Below are positions 61,678 through 64,000 of a stretch of 64,000 nt of DNA, piece by piece. The DNA is from Candidatus Latescibacterota bacterium (lineage in GTDB: Bacteria; Latescibacterota; UBA2968): contig OZ220741.1 of the NCBI GenBank assembly GCA_965116885.1, positions 4,480,001 through 4,544,000 on the forward strand, in the 5' to 3' direction. The notes under the pieces are model-generated. The model did not search any database. It saw only the letters and a list, made by a program, of their open reading frames with translations, and had not been told where the DNA came from. A program made the translations under genes and the position numbers. Each line of letters opens with the position of its first letter. Within the stretch, counting starts at the first letter, position 1.

Positions 61678-63516
61678 CTAAATACACCGCTCCAGCGCAC
61701 CGATCAAATCTTCGGTCTGCGCGAACAACGCCTGCATCTGCTCTGCCGAAATCTGTCCCGGCGCAAACCGCGCCTGATCGCATTGACCAAATACGTCTTG
61801 AACGCCCGAAATTACCTGTGTATCTACACCGTGACCCACCAGCACAGCACCAATCTGGTCCGCCGTTAAACCCGCCGCAGCGCGATTGGTTCGATCTGCG
61901 ACAAACTGCGCCAAAGACCTGTGAACTTCACCGTGAAAACCCGCACTATCTCCCGCCTCCATTAACCCTTTGGCCTTGCCCAACCGCCGCTGTGCTTCCG
62001 AGCGCGAACGCCTTCTGCGCGCATAAGCGACATCACCTTCCAGACGCGCGCGATGACGCCGATAAGCATACGCGCCAACCACCCCCAAAAAGGGAACCAA
62101 CTGCAAAAGCCAAAACCCACTGCGCTGATAGAGTAACAGACTCTGATCGACCAAATGCATTCGATCGGGCTTGATATACCGAATATCGCTGCCCAGCGCG
62201 CGCACTTCTTCACCCCGCAACCCGTCAACTGGCTGCGGTGCCAATTCACCTGGCGTCACATGCAACGTAATGGGTTTGGTCTGTACGGTTTTATACCGCC
62301 TCTGCACAGGATCAAAATAGGCCAGGGTAAAAGGCGGTAATATCACCTGCCCCGCTTTTTGCGGGATCGCCACATATTCAAAAGTTTTTTTTCCGCTTAT
62401 ACCCTGCTTTTGTGTTTCCAAATTCGTCTTGGGATCATAAAACTTAAACCGCGCCCGGTCAGGACGAATCGGCTCGCCAATCGCGTGCAAGTTTCCCGCT
62501 CCCTGTACCACCACCTTCACAGCAACGGGATCGCCAGCTTTTACCTTATCAGGAATCGCCTCAGCGCGCATCTCAAATTGCCCAACAGCACCGCCAAAAC
62601 CCTTCGGCGCACCAGCAGGCAACGGTTTCACCTCAATTTCAATATCGCCTGACCGCACTGTCACCTGCTGCGTATCAAACGCACCAAATGGATCAAAATC
62701 GAACAGACCGCGCGACCGTCGCCCCGCAACAATTTCGCAATTCACCTCAAGTTGCTCCAGGGTGTGCTTACCCGCCGTTGTCGGAAACAGTGCCAAACGC
62801 TTAAGCAATGCCGTATTAAACGCGCGCCCATCGACAACCTCTCGCTGCATATTCAAACGCTGAGCATCAAACACAGTCTCTGCCCAAAATCCCGTAAATG
62901 TCGGCACATGGCCGTATTGCACATTTCGCAAATCATAACGCGTAAACAATTTATAGGTCACTCCCACTTGTTCCCCCACATAAACCACTCGCTTTTCGGG
63001 AATCGCCTGCAAAAACAAATTTTGTTCAATTTCCCGAATCTCTGACCGTCCCATTGACCGTCCCGTTGATGGCGCGGGGCGCGTCTGCGGACGACCACTC
63101 CTTTTCACTACCTCAACGCGCACCTGGTCAGACCGAATTGTCTTACCATCATGAGCCAACTGCGCCGGACCGAGCACATAAGTGCCTTGTCTCTGTGCGC
63201 GAAAAGAAAAAACATACGCTGTCGTGCGCTTTGTTGTCATCTCGCCATTGGCAATATTGACGGACATTGACGTAGAAGACGTACTACCCGTCAATTGCAA
63301 CCCATCAGGTGTGGGAACCTGGGGTGCAGACACACTACCCATCTGTGCAGCCTCAACCTCCACAGTGAACTGGATCAAATCGCCAACTTCTACCCGAGTG
63401 CGATCTACTGACGCCTGCACCGTCACATCCTGTGCATCAATCCCCTGTGCCCACAACAGAGCAAACAAAACACCGCACAAAAATATCCACCTTTTCCTAC
63501 CATGCATTGCCATCAT
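61678..63516 (-). CDS. batD: BatD family protein
   Basis: ASVDRTRVEVG, VYVGEQ, GAVGQF, YFDP, DIRYIK. Confidence 0.9.
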   Translation of the reverse strand: MMAMHGRKRWIFLCGVLFALLWAQGIDAQDVTVQASVDRTRVEVGDLIQFTVEVEAAQMGSVSAPQVPTPDGLQLTGSTSSTSMSVNIANGEMTTKRTTAYVFSFRAQRQGTYVLGPAQLAHDGKTIRSDQVRVEVVKRSGRPQTRPAPSTGRSMGRSEIREIEQNLFLQAIPEKRVVYVGEQVGVTYKLFTRYDLRNVQYGHVPTFTGFWAETVFDAQRLNMQREVVDGRAFNTALLKRLALFPTTAGKHTLEQLEVNCEIVAGRRSRGLFDFDPFGAFDTQQVTVRSGDIEIEVKPLPAGAPKGFGGAVGQFEMRAEAIPDKVKAGDPVAVKVVVQGAGNLHAIGEPIRPDRARFKFYDPKTNLETQKQGISGKKTFEYVAIPQKAGQVILPPFTLAYFDPVQRRYKTVQTKPITLHVTPGELAPQPVDGLRGEEVRALGSDIRYIKPDRMHLVDQSLLLYQRSGFWLLQLVPFLGVVGAYAYRRHRARLEGDVAYARRRRSRSEAQRRLGKAKGLMEAGDSAGFHGEVHRSLAQFVADRTNRAAAGLTADQIGAVLVGHGVDTQVISGVQDVFGQCDQARFAPGQISAEQMQALFAQTEDLIGALERCI

Positions 63517-64000
63517 ATCGCCTGCCCCGCAACTTCAATTTGCGTCGCTTCTGGGATTCTTCTTCTCGCGCCTTCATCGCATTGAGAATCCGCGCCGCCT
63601 CCTCGGGCGTCATCTCTCTGGGATCGGGCTGTTGCCCCTGCTGTTGATCCTGTTGATCCTGTTGATCCTGTTGATCCTGATTCTGATCTTGCTGATTCTG
63701 GTCTTGCTGATTCTGGTCTTGATTTTGACTTTGGTCCTGCTGATCCCGGTTTTGATCTTGATTTTTATCCTGTTCATCCTGTTGATTTTTATCCTGCCTA
63801 TCCTGATCCAGTTTTTCCAATGCCAATTCCAAATTAATTTTGGCGTCTATATCATCCGGCTTTATCTCGAGTGATTTTTTATAAGCGCCCACAGCTTCCT
63901 GAAACTTCTCCTGCCGAAACAGCGCATTGCCCAAATTGTAATGTGCAGCAGCAGACATATCCGGATGCGTGCCTTCGGTGGCACGCCCCATCTCCTGCAG
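63497..64000 (-). CDS. batC: BatC-like TPR protein with Q/D/N-rich linker (5' truncated by window)
   Basis: HYNLGNALF...DAKINLELAL; EEAARILNAM; terminal W; frame open to the window edge. Confidence 0.82.
   Translation of the reverse strand: MQEMGRATEGTHPDMSAAAHYNLGNALFRQEKFQEAVGAYKKSLEIKPDDIDAKINLELALEKLDQDRQDKNQQDEQDKNQDQNRDQQDQSQNQDQNQQDQNQQDQNQDQQDQQDQQDQQQGQQPDPREMTPEEAARILNAMKAREEESQKRRKLKLRGRRYDGNAW
63642..63795 (-). repeat. Coding low-complexity repeats (QDQ/QNQQD; 9-nt unit CAGGATCAA)
   Basis: tgttgatcc x4 and related 15-nt units. Confidence 0.85.

Overview
Bacterial chromosomal window of about 50% GC. The gene content (DUF6785-type transporter, GWxTD protein, Bat genes, sulfatase, FCB-like ribosomal proteins) suggests a Latescibacterota/FCB-type, possibly sponge-associated organism; this is inference. 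1-7.8 kb: sulfated-glycan-type catabolic locus (phosphotriesterase-like fragment, Tat sulfatase, GPH-MFS and DUF6785 transporters, GC-rich RG-lyase-like gene). 8-13.6 kb: cyoE plus ABC exporter, a lipoprotein, and a stand-alone family-B DNA polymerase with a beta-clamp motif. 13.8-22 kb: TlpA lipoprotein, BlaI repressor, giant M56-propeller-TlpA sensor and a GWxTD protein, with visible operators. 22-26.8 kb: VapC toxin-antitoxin pair, galK, a GalE-GalT fusion, and greA with a leader hairpin. 26.9-56.2 kb: uninterrupted minus-strand tRNA-secE-nusG-rif-str-S10-spc-alpha superoperon. 56.3-64 kb: TIM-barrel epimerase, DUF4013 protein, plant-type cystathionine gamma-synthase behind a SAM-II riboswitch, plant-type threonine synthase and batCDE. 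Best leads: (1) a plant-like O-phosphohomoserine branch point controlled by a transcriptional SAM-II riboswitch; (2) RpoB rifamycin-pocket substitutions D516Q and S522D, plus unusual S12 residues; (3) the BlaI/M56-thioredoxin envelope-sensing module with a partly duplicated partner gene. All family assignments are by motif recognition, not database search.
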